A stretch of DNA of 64,000 bases from Octopus bimaculoides. Taxonomy: Eukaryota. Position 1 is the stretch's first letter, and the number at the start of each line of letters is the position of its first letter. The DNA lies in assembly GCF_001194135.2 (NCBI RefSeq), contig NC_068988.1:70080580-70144579 (forward strand), written 5' to 3'. Of the stretch, positions 1 through 11,986 are shown piece after piece. Below the pieces are notes generated by a model. The model saw nothing but the letters and a program-made list of their open reading frames with translations. It had not been told where the DNA came from and made no database searches. A program made the translations under genes and the position numbers.

Positions 1-182
1 GGCGATACTTTCTTCTCTTGGGATTCACGGTCAAACGGCTGTATGGAATTGTATGAAAAATTACACAGATGTGTAGAATGATTCGGTGGAGATGCCGGGT
101 CTTGTATTTTTTCAGACCTCCCATGGTTACCGAGGTAATCTACTATAATAATACTCTTCTGTTTATGACTAAATTTTATTTT

Positions 183-619
183 TATTTTAGAAGTTACTTC
201 GTGTTAAGTTGTCGTATTTGTGTAATTTTAACCAATCAACGACGTGTATTCAGCTGAAGAAGGCTAGTGCTCGTTGCGATAGCAATAGAAGAGCAGCAAC
301 TGCCATGTCATCTCTACTAAATATCATCATTCTGTTCTATTTTAGTTTTTCTTACTGCCTCTGTTGCATACTACACACTTGGTTTGCTTACCGAAAAAGA
401 AAAACAAAACAAAAAAAACAATGTGTATAATATGCAACACAAGCAGTAAACAAAAATAAAATAGAACAGATTGGTGACATTTAGTAGAGATGACCCGGAA
501 GTTGTTGCTTTTCGATTACTATCATAAACAGCACTAGCTTTCTTCAGCTGAATACACATCGTTGATTGGTTAAAATTACCCGAATATGACAACTTCAACA
601 CGAAATAATTTCTAAAATA
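183..619. mobile_element. Foldback/palindromic MITE-like element (about 200-bp inverted arms)
   Basis: Arms are reverse complements, e.g. aattttaaccaatcaac..gtgtattcagctgaagaa..ctagtgct (~225-270) versus agcactag..ttcttcagctgaatacacatcgttgattggttaaaatt (~530-577). ORFs 209..430(+) and 371..601(-) share NFNQST.CIQLKKASA for this reason. Confidence 0.8.
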
Positions 620-1097
620 CGAAATTTTGTCGAAAATGTTGAAAGTAAAGAGTTTTCGGCGTGAGAAATTACACCAGTATACGAAGTTTCAAACTGTTTA
701 GTTAAAAAAGATAATTAAGAAATCTTTGAGCGAGACTGAAGAGACCCAAGACAAGTTTTATATCAACATCAAACGGCTGCCTGAGCATACCAGTTTTGCC
801 GTGCATAGCGTTCCGTAGGCTAGCCACACAGCTGGGTATCTACAAGATAGAGATGTTCAGCCACCAAATTTCTAATCAACAACTCAAGTGTGTCGCTTTC
901 CTTTGTCTGTTCGTCTCTAAATCAAGATTCACTCATCTTTTATAACTTTATTTAATGATATCAGTGCGGGGTGTGTGGCTATGTGTCCTTGAAACCATGG
1001 ATTTGTGTATGTGTGTCTCTATGTGTGTACTTACGCGAACATCTGTATACTTATCAAAACAATCGTTTTCTTATTTCTCTTAATTTTTGTGTTTTAT

Positions 1098-1137
<40 letters not shown>

Positions 1138-1208
1138 AAACAAATTAGATAATTAGAAAACCTCTATAAGAGATGAAAGTAGTAAGTATACTGAACAGTA
1201 ATGTTAAT

Positions 1209-1464
1209 CGCCATTTCAACTTGGCTATTCTGTAGGAACTGACGTTACTACCATTTTAACCCCAGAAGGACGCCTCCTCCAGCTGGTTATTCAATGCAAT
1301 CTGCACTCGATATATATCGCTGGAGGACGGTAGGCGTTCACTCTCCTGCATGCAATATGTACATCGAGTGCAGATTGCATCAATAACCAGCTAGAGGAGG
1401 AGTCCTCCTGGCGTTAAAATAGTAGTAACGTCAGTTCCGACGGAACAACCATTTTCAAGTGACG
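1209..1464. mobile_element. Short palindromic MITE
   Basis: ggaactgacgttactaccattttaac...aatgcaatctgcactcgat (1235-1310) pairs with atcgagtgcagattgcat...gttaaaatagtagtaacgtcagttcc (1363-1438). Weaker pairing extends outward. Confidence 0.8.
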
Positions 1465-2469
1465 ATAACTATTACGTCTGTATAGAAACCTGTATATATA
1501 GAAAATAAACTGTATCGATTCCATGTCATTCCAAACCACGAAACCTGTATGTATGTATATATCTGCATGTGTGTGTATGTGTGCGTGTATACACACATGC
1601 ACATGTTCATGTAGACGACACAACAAAACATTTGACCGAGAACACTCATTTGACTGTTGAACTCTCATAAATCAAAACTAGAAGAGAGTTCAATATATTT
1701 GCAAGTTTAAGTAATCGGACTTTTTAGTTCGGTAGAAAATTATCACTGCATAAAAATAGTGGATATGGTTGACTGAACTATAAAGATATGTCACTGCAAA
1801 AGACAGCATAGTAACAACAACACTGGAAGAGACATGAGTGAATATAAATTCAGAGCAGTTATCCATCCAGCCATATCATACAAGACACTAGAAAACGAGT
1901 ACAATCAGATATTATACAAACAATATAAAAATACCTGAAAGCAAATATTCATTTGCAGTAACAGATGAGATGAATGGTGGAAGTTAGAAATTGAGACTGT
2001 AATAATTATGTGCATTACCATTTATTTATTTATAAAATGGTAATAATGTTAATAATGATAGTTCTAGTAATACTACCATAAATACTGCCATGTATCTTAA
2101 TAGCCTGCTGTGTCATATTATAAAGCAACATATATAGGAACTCCAAGTTATGGTCATCTCAAGTTATTTGAATTCGTTTTTACTAGAATTATGGTCTGTA
2201 ATTTCTCTCTTACAAAACTTGGATAAATTTTGAGAAATTAAACACTAGCCTTTCTTCGTAACTAAAAGGTTACTTTTCAGCATTTTAGCTAAGATCAAAG
2301 AATTTTCGAGTTTAGAACACTATAATCACGATACGTACATACACAAATCAAATATAAAATAAAATGTGTGTATGTGAGTAGGTGTCCTTTGCATGCAAAT
2401 ATTTGTGTATATTTTGTTGAGTCTCAACCACTATCTCTCTCTTTCTCTATATGTGTTTGTGAACATATG

Positions 2470-2501
<32 letters not shown>

Positions 2502-2865
2502 CGTGTGTGCGCGTGCATGCGTGTGTGTGTGTGTGTGCGTGCATGTGTGTGTGTGTCACTTATTAAAGTTGTTTCAACAGATTTCCTACAGCAAATCTGT
2601 AAAAATAAGTTTAATAAGTAGTTTAATCGCGATGCTAACACAAGTGGGGGAAAGTATTGATTTATAAGCCTTTAACATACTTTGTAGTATAGCATGGTTG
2701 CATAATGAAATACGGTGTCCCTACAAGCAATTAATATATATATATATAACATTTATTAATGAGGGTAGAAATTGATATTAATCAATTAAAACCAGTGGTC
2801 TAACATATTAAAAAATCCGAAGATTAAAATTATATTACATACAAAAATAAGAGGAATGACCAGCA

Positions 2866-3800
2866 NNNNNNNNNNNNNNNNNNNNNNNNNNNNNNNNNNN
2901 NNNNNNNNNNNNNNNNNNNNNNNNNNNNNNNNNNNNNNNNNNNNNNNNNNNNNNNNNNNNNNNNNNNNNNNNNNNNNNNNNNNNNNNNNNNNNNNNNNNN
3001 NNNNNNNNNNNNNNNNNNNNNNNNNNNNNNNNNNNNNNNNNNNNNNNNNNNNNNNNNNNNNNNNNNNNNNNNNNNNNNNNNNNNNNNNNNNNNNNNNNNN
3101 NNNNNNNNNNNNNNNNNNNNNNNNNNNNNNNNNNNNNNNNNNNNNNNNNNNNNNNNNNNNNNNNNNNNNNNNNNNNNNNNNNNNNNNNNNNNNNNNNNNN
3201 NNNNNNNNNNNNNNNNNNNNNNNNNNNNNNNNNNNNNNNNNNNNNNNNNNNNNNNNNNNNNNNNNNNNNNNNNNNNNNNNNNNNNNNNNNNNNNNNNNNN
3301 NNNNNNNNNNNNNNNNNNNNNNNNNNNNNNNNNNNNNNNNNNNNNNNNNNNNNNNNNNNNNNNNNNNNNNNNNNNNNNNNNNNNNNNNNNNNNNNNNNNN
3401 NNNNNNNNNNNNNNNNNNNNNNNNNNNNNNNNNNNNNNNNNNNNNNNNNNNNNNNNNNNNNNNNNNNNNNNNNNNNNNNNNNNNNNNNNNNNNNNNNNNN
3501 NNNNNNNNNNNNNNNNNNNNNNNNNNNNNNNNNNNNNNNNNNNNNNNNNNNNNNNNNNNNNNNNNNNNNNNNNNNNNNNNNNNNNNNNNNNNNNNNNNNN
3601 NNNNNNNNNNNNNNNNNNNNNNNNNNNNNNNNNNNNNNNNNNNNNNNNNNNNNNNNNNNNNNNNNNNNNNNNNNNNNNNNNNNNNNNNNNNNNNNNNNNN
3701 NNNNNNNNNNNNNNNNNNNNNNNNNNNNNNNNNNNNNNNNNNNNNNNNNNNNNNNNNNNNNNNNNNNNNNNNNNNNNNNNNNNNNNNNNNNNNNNNNNNT
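2866..3800. other. Assembly gap (N run)
   Basis: Continuous N. Confidence 1.
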
Positions 3801-4028
3801 TCCGATCTTATGTATGCATGTATGTATTATGTCCGTATGTATGTATCAAGATAAACATAGTACTCTCCATGACACAAATGACAACAGTTAACTAATACAA
3901 TTAATGTAATAATAATGATTGACATAATATTACAATATGATTTAGTAAAGAAGTGAGCAAATTGATGAATTACAAACATAATAGGATAACAAGAAATTTG
4001 TCCATTACATTTGTTAATCACATATGTA

Positions 4029-4222
4029 CTATAATGAAAATTCTGCTGCCATTGCACAAGTAGTCAGTATGGGTATACTCCAAAATGTTATCTGTCTTGC
4101 AGGAGGTGCTGCTGCATGGTCACAGAATGGACCAAAGCTGGCATCACGTTCCTTGCGGACGTAGAATCTAATCGCTTCATTGATAGGATACTAAAAGAAA
4201 AACAACGCGAGTTGGCATTGCT
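4029..4222 (-). pseudogene. Degenerate duplicate of the 5' part of the natriuretic-peptide-receptor-like exon
   Basis: Minus strand reads ANSRC-(2-nt insertion)-YPINEAIRFYVRKERDASFGPFCDHAAAPPARQITFWSIPILTTCAMAAEFSL*. 41 of 53 aa match the exon at 6369-6840, and it ends in a premature TAG. Confidence 0.9.
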
Positions 4223-4394
4223 TAATTAATTGTGATTATGTAATTGTTACCAAAGTAAGTAATTATTAAAATCTTAACTGCCAAGATTTTTATAATTTCC
4301 TGTATGTATGTATATATATGTATGTATATGTATATATATTTATACATATATATATGCATATATATATACATATATATGCATATATATGTATCCA

Positions 4395-5274
4395 NNNNNN
4401 NNNNNNNNNNNNNNNNNNNNNNNNNNNNNNNNNNNNNNNNNNNNNNNNNNNNNNNNNNNNNNNNNNNNNNNNNNNNNNNNNNNNNNNNNNNNNNNNNNNN
4501 NNNNNNNNNNNNNNNNNNNNNNNNNNNNNNNNNNNNNNNNNNNNNNNNNNNNNNNNNNNNNNNNNNNNNNNNNNNNNNNNNNNNNNNNNNNNNNNNNNNN
4601 NNNNNNNNNNNNNNNNNNNNNNNNNNNNNNNNNNNNNNNNNNNNNNNNNNNNNNNNNNNNNNNNNNNNNNNNNNNNNNNNNNNNNNNNNNNNNNNNNNNN
4701 NNNNNNNNNNNNNNNNNNNNNNNNNNNNNNNNNNNNNNNNNNNNNNNNNNNNNNNNNNNNNNNNNNNNNNNNNNNNNNNNNNNNNNNNNNNNNNNNNNNN
4801 NNNNNNNNNNNNNNNNNNNNNNNNNNNNNNNNNNNNNNNNNNNNNNNNNNNNNNNNNNNNNNNNNNNNNNNNNNNNNNNNNNNNNNNNNNNNNNNNNNNN
4901 NNNNNNNNNNNNNNNNNNNNNNNNNNNNNNNNNNNNNNNNNNNNNNNNNNNNNNNNNNNNNNNNNNNNNNNNNNNNNNNNNNNNNNNNNNNNNNNNNNNN
5001 NNNNNNNNNNNNNNNNNNNNNNNNNNNNNNNNNNNNNNNNNNNNNNNNNNNNNNNNNNNNNNNNNNNNNNNNNNNNNNNNNNNNNNNNNNNNNNNNNNNN
5101 NNNNNNNNNNNNNNNNNNNNNNNNNNNNNNNNNNNNNNNNNNNNNNNNNNNNNNNNNNNNNNNNNNNNNNNNNNNNNNNNNNNNNNNNNNNNNNNNNNNN
5201 NNNNNNNNNNNNNNNNNNNNNNNNNNNNNNNNNNNNNNNNNNNNNNNNNNNNNNNNNNNNNNNNNNNNNNNNNN
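4395..5274. other. Assembly gap flanked by (TA)/(TATG)-type microsatellites
   Basis: Continuous N. Confidence 1.
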
Positions 5275-5309
<35 letters not shown>

Positions 5310-5745
5310 TATAAATGTGTTTCCCATCTTTTATTATCGAAAATTTCAACATGAAACTCAGAAAACACTGTTCTATCAACTGTGACATGTGTTTTTTAAT
5401 ATCTTACATCTCTGTCGCTTTTCTTATTAATGTCATCACTCTCTCTCTCTCTCTCACCATCTCTCCTTTGCAAAGAAGAAGCAATTCCAGCAAAGGGATT
5501 AACTATTTTCAATAGTTAATTCTTTCGCTGAAATCTCCATTGTTTGCTTTATCCTAATTCATGTATTGAAGAGGAATAAAAAAAATATCATTTCCCGTCT
5601 TTGTACATCTGTAAATGTATGTTTATATAGGTCATTAATACTATCATGTACAAATATATATATCGAGAGATAATCACTCGTTTTAAAACTAGTAGTAAAT
5701 TTTTCAGTTTGAGATATTTTTTAATACACTCCCTTACATTTTCTT

Positions 5746-5976
5746 ATTTCTTTATTGCCCACAAGGGGCTAAACATAGAAATGACAAACAAGGACAGACA
5801 AAGGAATTAAGTCGATTACATCGACCCCAGTGCGTAACTGGTACTTAATTTATCGACCCCGAAAGGATGAATGGCAAAGTCGACCTCGGCAGAATTTGAA
5901 CTCAGAACGTAACGGCAGACGAAATACTGCTAAGCATTTCGCCCAGCATGCTAACGTTTCTGCCCAGCTCGCCGCC
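5746..5976 (-). mobile_element. tRNA-derived SINE, family A, with ...ttgtctgtccttgtttgtc...gggcaataaagaaat tail
   Basis: Minus-strand head ggcggcgagctgg.cagaaacgttagca..., B-box-like gagttcaaattc, core ctttcggggtcgataaattaagtaccag. The same body recurs many times in the window. Confidence 0.85.
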
Positions 5977-6368
5977 TTACATTTTCTTGATGTCTAAAAG
6001 AAACTCTTTCAATATCAGAGTTTCTGTGTCCGCAATTTCTAGTTTTTGTTGCTAAAAACCTTTCTTCAAATAACAAACTAGTAATTAAAAAGGTTTTACT
6101 GTCATTTGTGTAAGTATATTGACAGAACACTTATAAAAATAGACACAGGAGCGTTCCCAGAAAACAAGCAGCAATACTCGGATCTGTGAATAATGTAAGG
6201 ATACTTTCACGAAATATTTGATGACCTGAAATATTTTTATGCATATTTTTCAAAATTTATTAAACGTCTTTTGAAGAACGACTGTAAAGTCTTGAGCTAT
6301 TTCCAAAATCATGAACAATGACAGATTGATTATGAAAGGAATAAAACTTTCAACAAATATTGACCTAC

Positions 6369-6840
6369 CTGCAACATTTACGCCAAGGACAGTTCCTAGT
6401 TCCGTTAGTAGATCCTCCGTTTTTTCAAATTTTTGGTACGGTGCCTTGAATTCGTCCTTCAAGCCATAATGTATGCTATCACTAGCAATATGACAGAACT
6501 TATCCTCGAAATAGCCTTGTCCATATGGATCATATAATAGTTGGACGATGTTCCACTTATACCCACGCAGCATCGTCGAAAGGAATTGTGTCAAAGATAT
6601 GAAGTTTGGTCCGATTCTTGTCAGTAATGGATAATGCAATAATCTGTACCTTGCAAAATCTGCTGCCATTGCTCCTGCAGTCAGCATGGGTATACTCCAG
6701 AATGTTATCTGTCTTGCAAGAGGCGCTGCAGCGTAGTCACAGAATGGGCCGAAAATGACATCAAGTTCCTTGCGGACGTAGAAGTTGATCGCTTCATTAA
6801 TAGGATAAACAAAAGAACAACGTGAGTCGGCATAGTTGAC
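6369..6840 (-). CDS. Internal exon of a natriuretic peptide receptor / receptor guanylyl cyclase-like gene (ANF_receptor extracellular ligand-binding domain)
   Basis: Acceptor atattttcag|GTC at 6841/6840 and donor GCAG|gtaggt at 6369/6368; 472 nt, phase 0 to phase 1, no stops. Reads VNYADSRCSFVYPINEAINFYVRKELDVIFGPFCDYAAAPLARQITFWSIPMLTAGAMAADF...YPLLTRIGPNF...GYKWNIVQLLYDP...DKFCH. The D-S-x-C, FGPxCDYAAAPxAR, W-x-IPMLTAGA and LTR motifs are typical of NPR/rGC ectodomains. Whether a cyclase domain follows cannot be seen here. Confidence 0.93.
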
Positions 6841-7209
6841 CTGAAAATATAGATGGAAAATGGAGAAATTAAAGTTAGAACATCAGAAGAATTCTAAACG
6901 ATTTCTTGAACATTTCTTAATTGTTTGACTGAATGGTATCAATGAATCAATTTTTTTTTACATATCACACATGTTTAAGAATAGCATCATTAGTTAAATG
7001 TTTTCAAAAAGCCTATCATTATTTCTCAGTATTTCTGATGACGCTAGCGACAAGGAAGCAATTGCAACTAGGCGCAGAACAAAATCGGTAAAGCACTTCG
7101 ACGACCACCTATTTTTCAGTTTTGTCACTGATGCTTACATCTTTCAACGAAATATTGAGCTATATGCATACATGTGTGCTGTGTATGTATATCTATTTTC
7201 ACAACTCTG

Positions 7210-7214
<5 letters not shown>

Positions 7215-7253
<39 letters not shown>
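7215..7253. repeat. (GA)n microsatellite
   Basis: Direct reading. Confidence 0.95.
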
Positions 7254-7259
<6 letters not shown>

Positions 7260-9027
7260 CGTACGTATGTGTATGTCGTAATCAAGTGGTCCAGCAAATA
7301 AATATAAGTATTGGTGAAGTATGTATTAGACTGAATTAAGAATCGGAAGCCGAAATCTGTGCTCAATTAAAGCCACAGTCCAATTAGAGAAACTAACTGA
7401 CGAATACACATACATGTGTGTATGTGCGCGCGTGCGTATTGAATCGTACTTCTAATGAATTCCGTATTGTTCAACATGGAGTTGTGATAAAACATACCCA
7501 AGATATCATGTGTATGAGATCAAAACGAGTAACGACGTGGTTTTAAAGCGAACTACTTAACGACACGACTAGGCGTGTACCCTTCATTTGTTTAAGGAAT
7601 AGATCTATCACTGATACATTCAAGTGTACCGGTATCTTTAAATAACAATGGATGAGGATGAGGTCTTTATCAGCATCTTACGCATTGTAAAGCTTAAAAT
7701 AGCTACCGAAGACAAAATGGTTACAGTAACAAACACTAGTCTTTTGCTATTCTGGGTGTATTAGGCATTTCATTTATTCCTGGAAATACCATCCCAGTTA
7801 TGGAACTCGTGGTTGATACCACTGACATCATACATCTACAAACGCTATATTCTCTTATCCTGAAGTATCCGAAACTTTGGATTTTTCAATCTTCTCGGGA
7901 GAACTGTTCAATGAAATCTATAATTTACTTCTACAACAATTATATATCAGAAAATAGATCACTTGTTCGCCTATGGATAGGCGAACAAGTTATCTATTTT
8001 ATGATATATAATTGTCAACAAGGGTCTTCAACGAAAACTACTGATTCACTGAATCACCAAAAATTACAATGATAATAGAAACTAGTAGCACCCCATGGAA
8101 ATTCCACGGTCAAAACGATATGTTTTGATTGCTGTAAGTTTATATAGAGCCATAAAAGTTAGTGTTCCTTTATAATTTGTATATTCTGCATTATTTTCAT
8201 TTAAAAACGCCTTTCAGTTCTTCTGAGTAAGGCTGTAATTGAAAGAGCATGACATTGCTATCTTCTCAGCTGTTCAGAGTTGCATTTTTAAATCTATGAG
8301 CTTTACAATGATTACAGAGAATATTCATGTCATCAATATTGTAACTTTCATCAACAGGTTTTTTTACTCTCTCTTTCTCATTTTCATTTTATATTCTATC
8401 TTGAACTCGTTCCCTTATCTGTTGTAAAATTCACTCTATACTCTTTGATTCGTATTTTCTCTTGTACACAGTGATGCTCCCGTTCTTATTCTAGTGATTC
8501 GAACCTCTGCTTCTCTTTACATTAGCTATACCGTCTCATTCTTTCTCTTGTTAGCTTACATCGTCTGTCATCCATATTTTATAAACAAATAACAATTTTC
8601 AAGCAGAGAGACGATAAATAATTGCACTTATGCATATACGTTAGGTGATAGGTAACATTAAAAAATTAATTCAATTTAAAAAAAAAGAGAAGTTGTTTGT
8701 CATCCAACACTTTTCATTTCATTTCGGTTCAGTTGTTTGCTTATATCTATTTGTCTTGTTGTCAATGCAAAGTTCGAATAAAAGTTTTTCAAAAATAACA
8801 TCCATGAGTATTTTGCTAAATTATTTCACTTTCATTGAAAAATTTATCTTACTATGATAAGCTCATTATTATTTTCTTCTTTCGTCCACCCATCGAGATA
8901 TTTGTCAATGTGGACACATAGATAAATAGATCGACAGATAAATGATATAAAAAACTGAATATCAATATCAAAATGGTATTTTCTTGTTAGTGACAATAAT
9001 ATATCTAATATTTCCCTCTGCTAAACA

Positions 9028-9378
9028 TACGTCGTGGCACTCCGACCAACGAATCAGCCTGCTCGTGAAACTAACGTGCAAGTGGCTGAGCACTCCACAG
9101 ACACGTGTACCCTTAATGTTGTTCTCGAGGAGATTTAGAGTGACACAGAGTGTGACAAGGCTGACCCTTTGAAATACAGGTACAACAGAAGCAGGAAGAT
9201 AGAGTGACAGAAAGTTGTGGTGAAAGAGTACAGCAGGGTTCGCCACCACCTCCTGCTGGAGACTCGTGGAGCTTTAGGTGTTTTCGCTCAATAAAGACTC
9301 ACAACGCCCGGTCTGGGAATCGAAACCGCGATCCCACAACCGCGAGCCTGCTGCCCTAACCACTGGGCCATTGCACCT
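9028..9378 (-). mobile_element. tRNA-derived SINE, family C
   Basis: Minus-strand head aggtgcaatggcccagtggttagggcagc... (A box TGGCCCAGTGG) and ggtttcgattccc (B box). Confidence 0.75.
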
Positions 9379-9406
9379 AAACGCTAAACACGCACANNNN
9401 NNNNNN

Positions 9407-9463
<57 letters not shown>

Positions 9464-10207
9464 TTTTAACCTCACAACTAGAACACCATTCTGCCAAACA
9501 TTGTATTTCTAATTCACTTCCTCTCCTCTTCAACTAACTTTTTAACCACATAATAAATATTATGTTCTCTCTACAGACACTTGTCTCTCCCTCTTTTTCT
9601 TTCTCCCTGTTTTCTTTCTCCCTCTTTTTCTTTCTGCCTCTTTCTCTCTTGCTCTTCACTTTTCCCGGCAACTAATCACGTGAAAGCGTAATGCATCTCG
9701 GCATTAGCGTATTAATATATAGATTATTGCAACTAATTTACAGAACCTAAGTTATATCTGATGAGGAATATTTCAACGCTTTATATTTCCTACTGTGATT
9801 CAAAATATAAGTTATTAAATTTTGTCAGACAGATAAGTATTAAAAAGAATGCTGTATACTGAAATATACGATTCAAACAGAAACCATAAAATTCTGTGTG
9901 ATTCTGTATCATTCTATCTAACTACCGCCCAGTCACGGCTGATAAAATTGATGAAAGTAATTCAAGAATAAAAGTAAACAGTATTAGTGATAACGAGTTA
10001 TTAGTTTGGAATTCTTATTCCACTATACGCATTCATCTGCTGCTTTTCCTGTTGAGGACACCAATCCCATTCAGTACAACTCCAGACTACAAACAAAACT
10101 ATACGTCAGTATTCTATATTTACTTCAACTACACGCTTGTTTCTTTTGCAGAGAACTGCCGATAATTTTGATGGTGATAGTGGTGGTGATTACGATGATA
10201 CGAAGAT

Positions 10208-10865
10208 AATGTTAATCCTTTCTAGTGTGGGTTTAAGATCTGAAATTTTGGGAGAGGGTTAAGTTGATTACAACGACCTCAGTACTCGACTGGTATTTAT
10301 TTCATCGACCTCGAAAGGATGACTGGAATAGTCAACTTCAGCGGAATTTGAACTCAAAGCGTTAAGATGGACGAAATGTAGCTAAGTATTTTGTCAGGCG
10401 CAGTAACGACTCTGTCAGCTCACTGCTTTAATAATAATAATTCGACTATAGGCACACGGCCTGAAACTTGTGGGGGAGAGGACTAGTCGATTACGTAGAG
10501 CCCAGTAATTATTTTATCAATCCCGAACGAAAGGAAAGGCAAAAGCAACCTCGGTGGAATTTGAACACAGAATGTAAAGACGTACGAAATGACGCTAAAT
10601 CATTTCGTCCAGCGAACAAACGATTCTGCCAGCTCGTCACATTACTGATATCTGCTATTTGCACAATACCTGAAATTTCGAGGGGAGGAGGCTAGTAGAT
10701 AACATTGATCCCAGTGTTCGACGGATATCTATTTCATCGATCCCAAAAAGATGAAAGGCGAAGTCAACCTCAGTGGAATTCGGAACGTAGTGATAGGCGA
10801 AATGACGCTAAGTACTTTGGTATTTTGCGTAGCACGGAAACGATTCTGCCAGCTCACCCCTTAGC
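10208..10865 (-). mobile_element. Three tandem family A SINE copies (about 10208-10428, 10440-10640, 10660-10865)
   Basis: Each carries the reverse-complement core tcatcgacc.cgaaaggatga..ggc.aagtc.acctc.g.ggaatttgaac and head ctgccagctc. Confidence 0.8.
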
Positions 10866-10966
10866 ACTACTACAACTAATAATAATAATTGTTCCTATTA
10901 TAGGCTCAAGGTCTGAAATGTTGTGCATTACTCTGTTAGCGATTGCATTATTATAATTATCTTTCA

Positions 10967-11192
10967 GGCGGCGAGTTGGCAGAATCATTAGCACGCCGGG
11001 CGAAATGCTTAGCGGTATTTTGTCTCTCTTTACGTTCTGAGTTCAATTTCCAACGAGATCCTCTTTGCCTTTTATCCTTTCGGGGTCGATAAATTAAGTG
11101 CCAGTGAAGTACTGGGGGGCGGGGTCGATGTGATCGACTTACCCCTCCCCGCAAATTTCAGGCCATGTGCCTTTAGTAGACATGATTATTAT
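10967..11192 (+). mobile_element. Family A SINE with alternative tail (cccctccccgcaaatttcaggccatgtgcc...)
   Basis: ggcggcgagttggcagaatcattagcacgccgggcgaaatgcttagcgg...ctttcggggtcgataaattaag. Confidence 0.85.
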
Positions 11193-11986
11193 TTTTTATT
11201 TCGCATTGACTGAATAAAAGTATCAGTCTTATTCTGCTAAAGCAGTTCCTGAACTGTGAACTAGTTTATTTTAGATTTGAAATCTCTTTTTAGGTGCTAC
11301 CAGAACTATTGAAAGTAAATGAGAAGCTAATTATATAGAATTAAAACTGTACAACATTGACACTTTGATAAATGTCGCGGCAAGCTTAATAGTCTAATTA
11401 AAGTAATTAAATTATGCAGATATTCTCCTGATGGTCAACCTGGCGGGTTCAGCGGCATGTAAATTTCGTATCGTAGATATATACAGACATACTTTCAAAT
11501 AACTTGAGACCGAAGTATTTGATCATTTAAGCAATTTTGATTCACATTAGGAATATTTATATAACCAAACAAAGTCAGTCTCTCCTAATATAGACTCATC
11601 TCGGTTATCATGGTCTGTGGCTTGTAATGAATTGGATTTTTCCAAATCTGATGCTTCTGATTCAAGTCGATATGGTACGATTTGTAGAATATCTTCATCG
11701 TTGGTATAGTCAAAAGATGACTCTTCAAAAAGACAAATGAAGGCCGATATCCATTGAAGAAATGGACAACATGCTCTCATCGCTTGTATTAGCCATTTTG
11801 AAACTGATGCGTTGTGACGTCATGCACCAATTTTTCTATTTAAGTTGTGTTTGTTGGTTGCTTTTGGACAGGTGCGAGAATTGTTAACTTTTAACAACGA
11901 ATATTTCGCGTGTATGACTAGAATTTTTTAACTGATCGATTTTATTCATTTCAAAGTACAAAATAACACTAACATATATTATTGTA

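Noticed and set aside
2856-5388. Long ORFs of 330-390 aa in the ORF track
   Set aside because: They are made of X from N gaps plus (TA)n-derived IY runs; the same applies to 15644-16379 and 58494-59159.
10208-11192. Repeat-spacer-like periodicity suggesting a CRISPR array
   Set aside because: The units are diverged ~220-bp SINEs in a eukaryotic context, with no short constant repeats and no cas genes.
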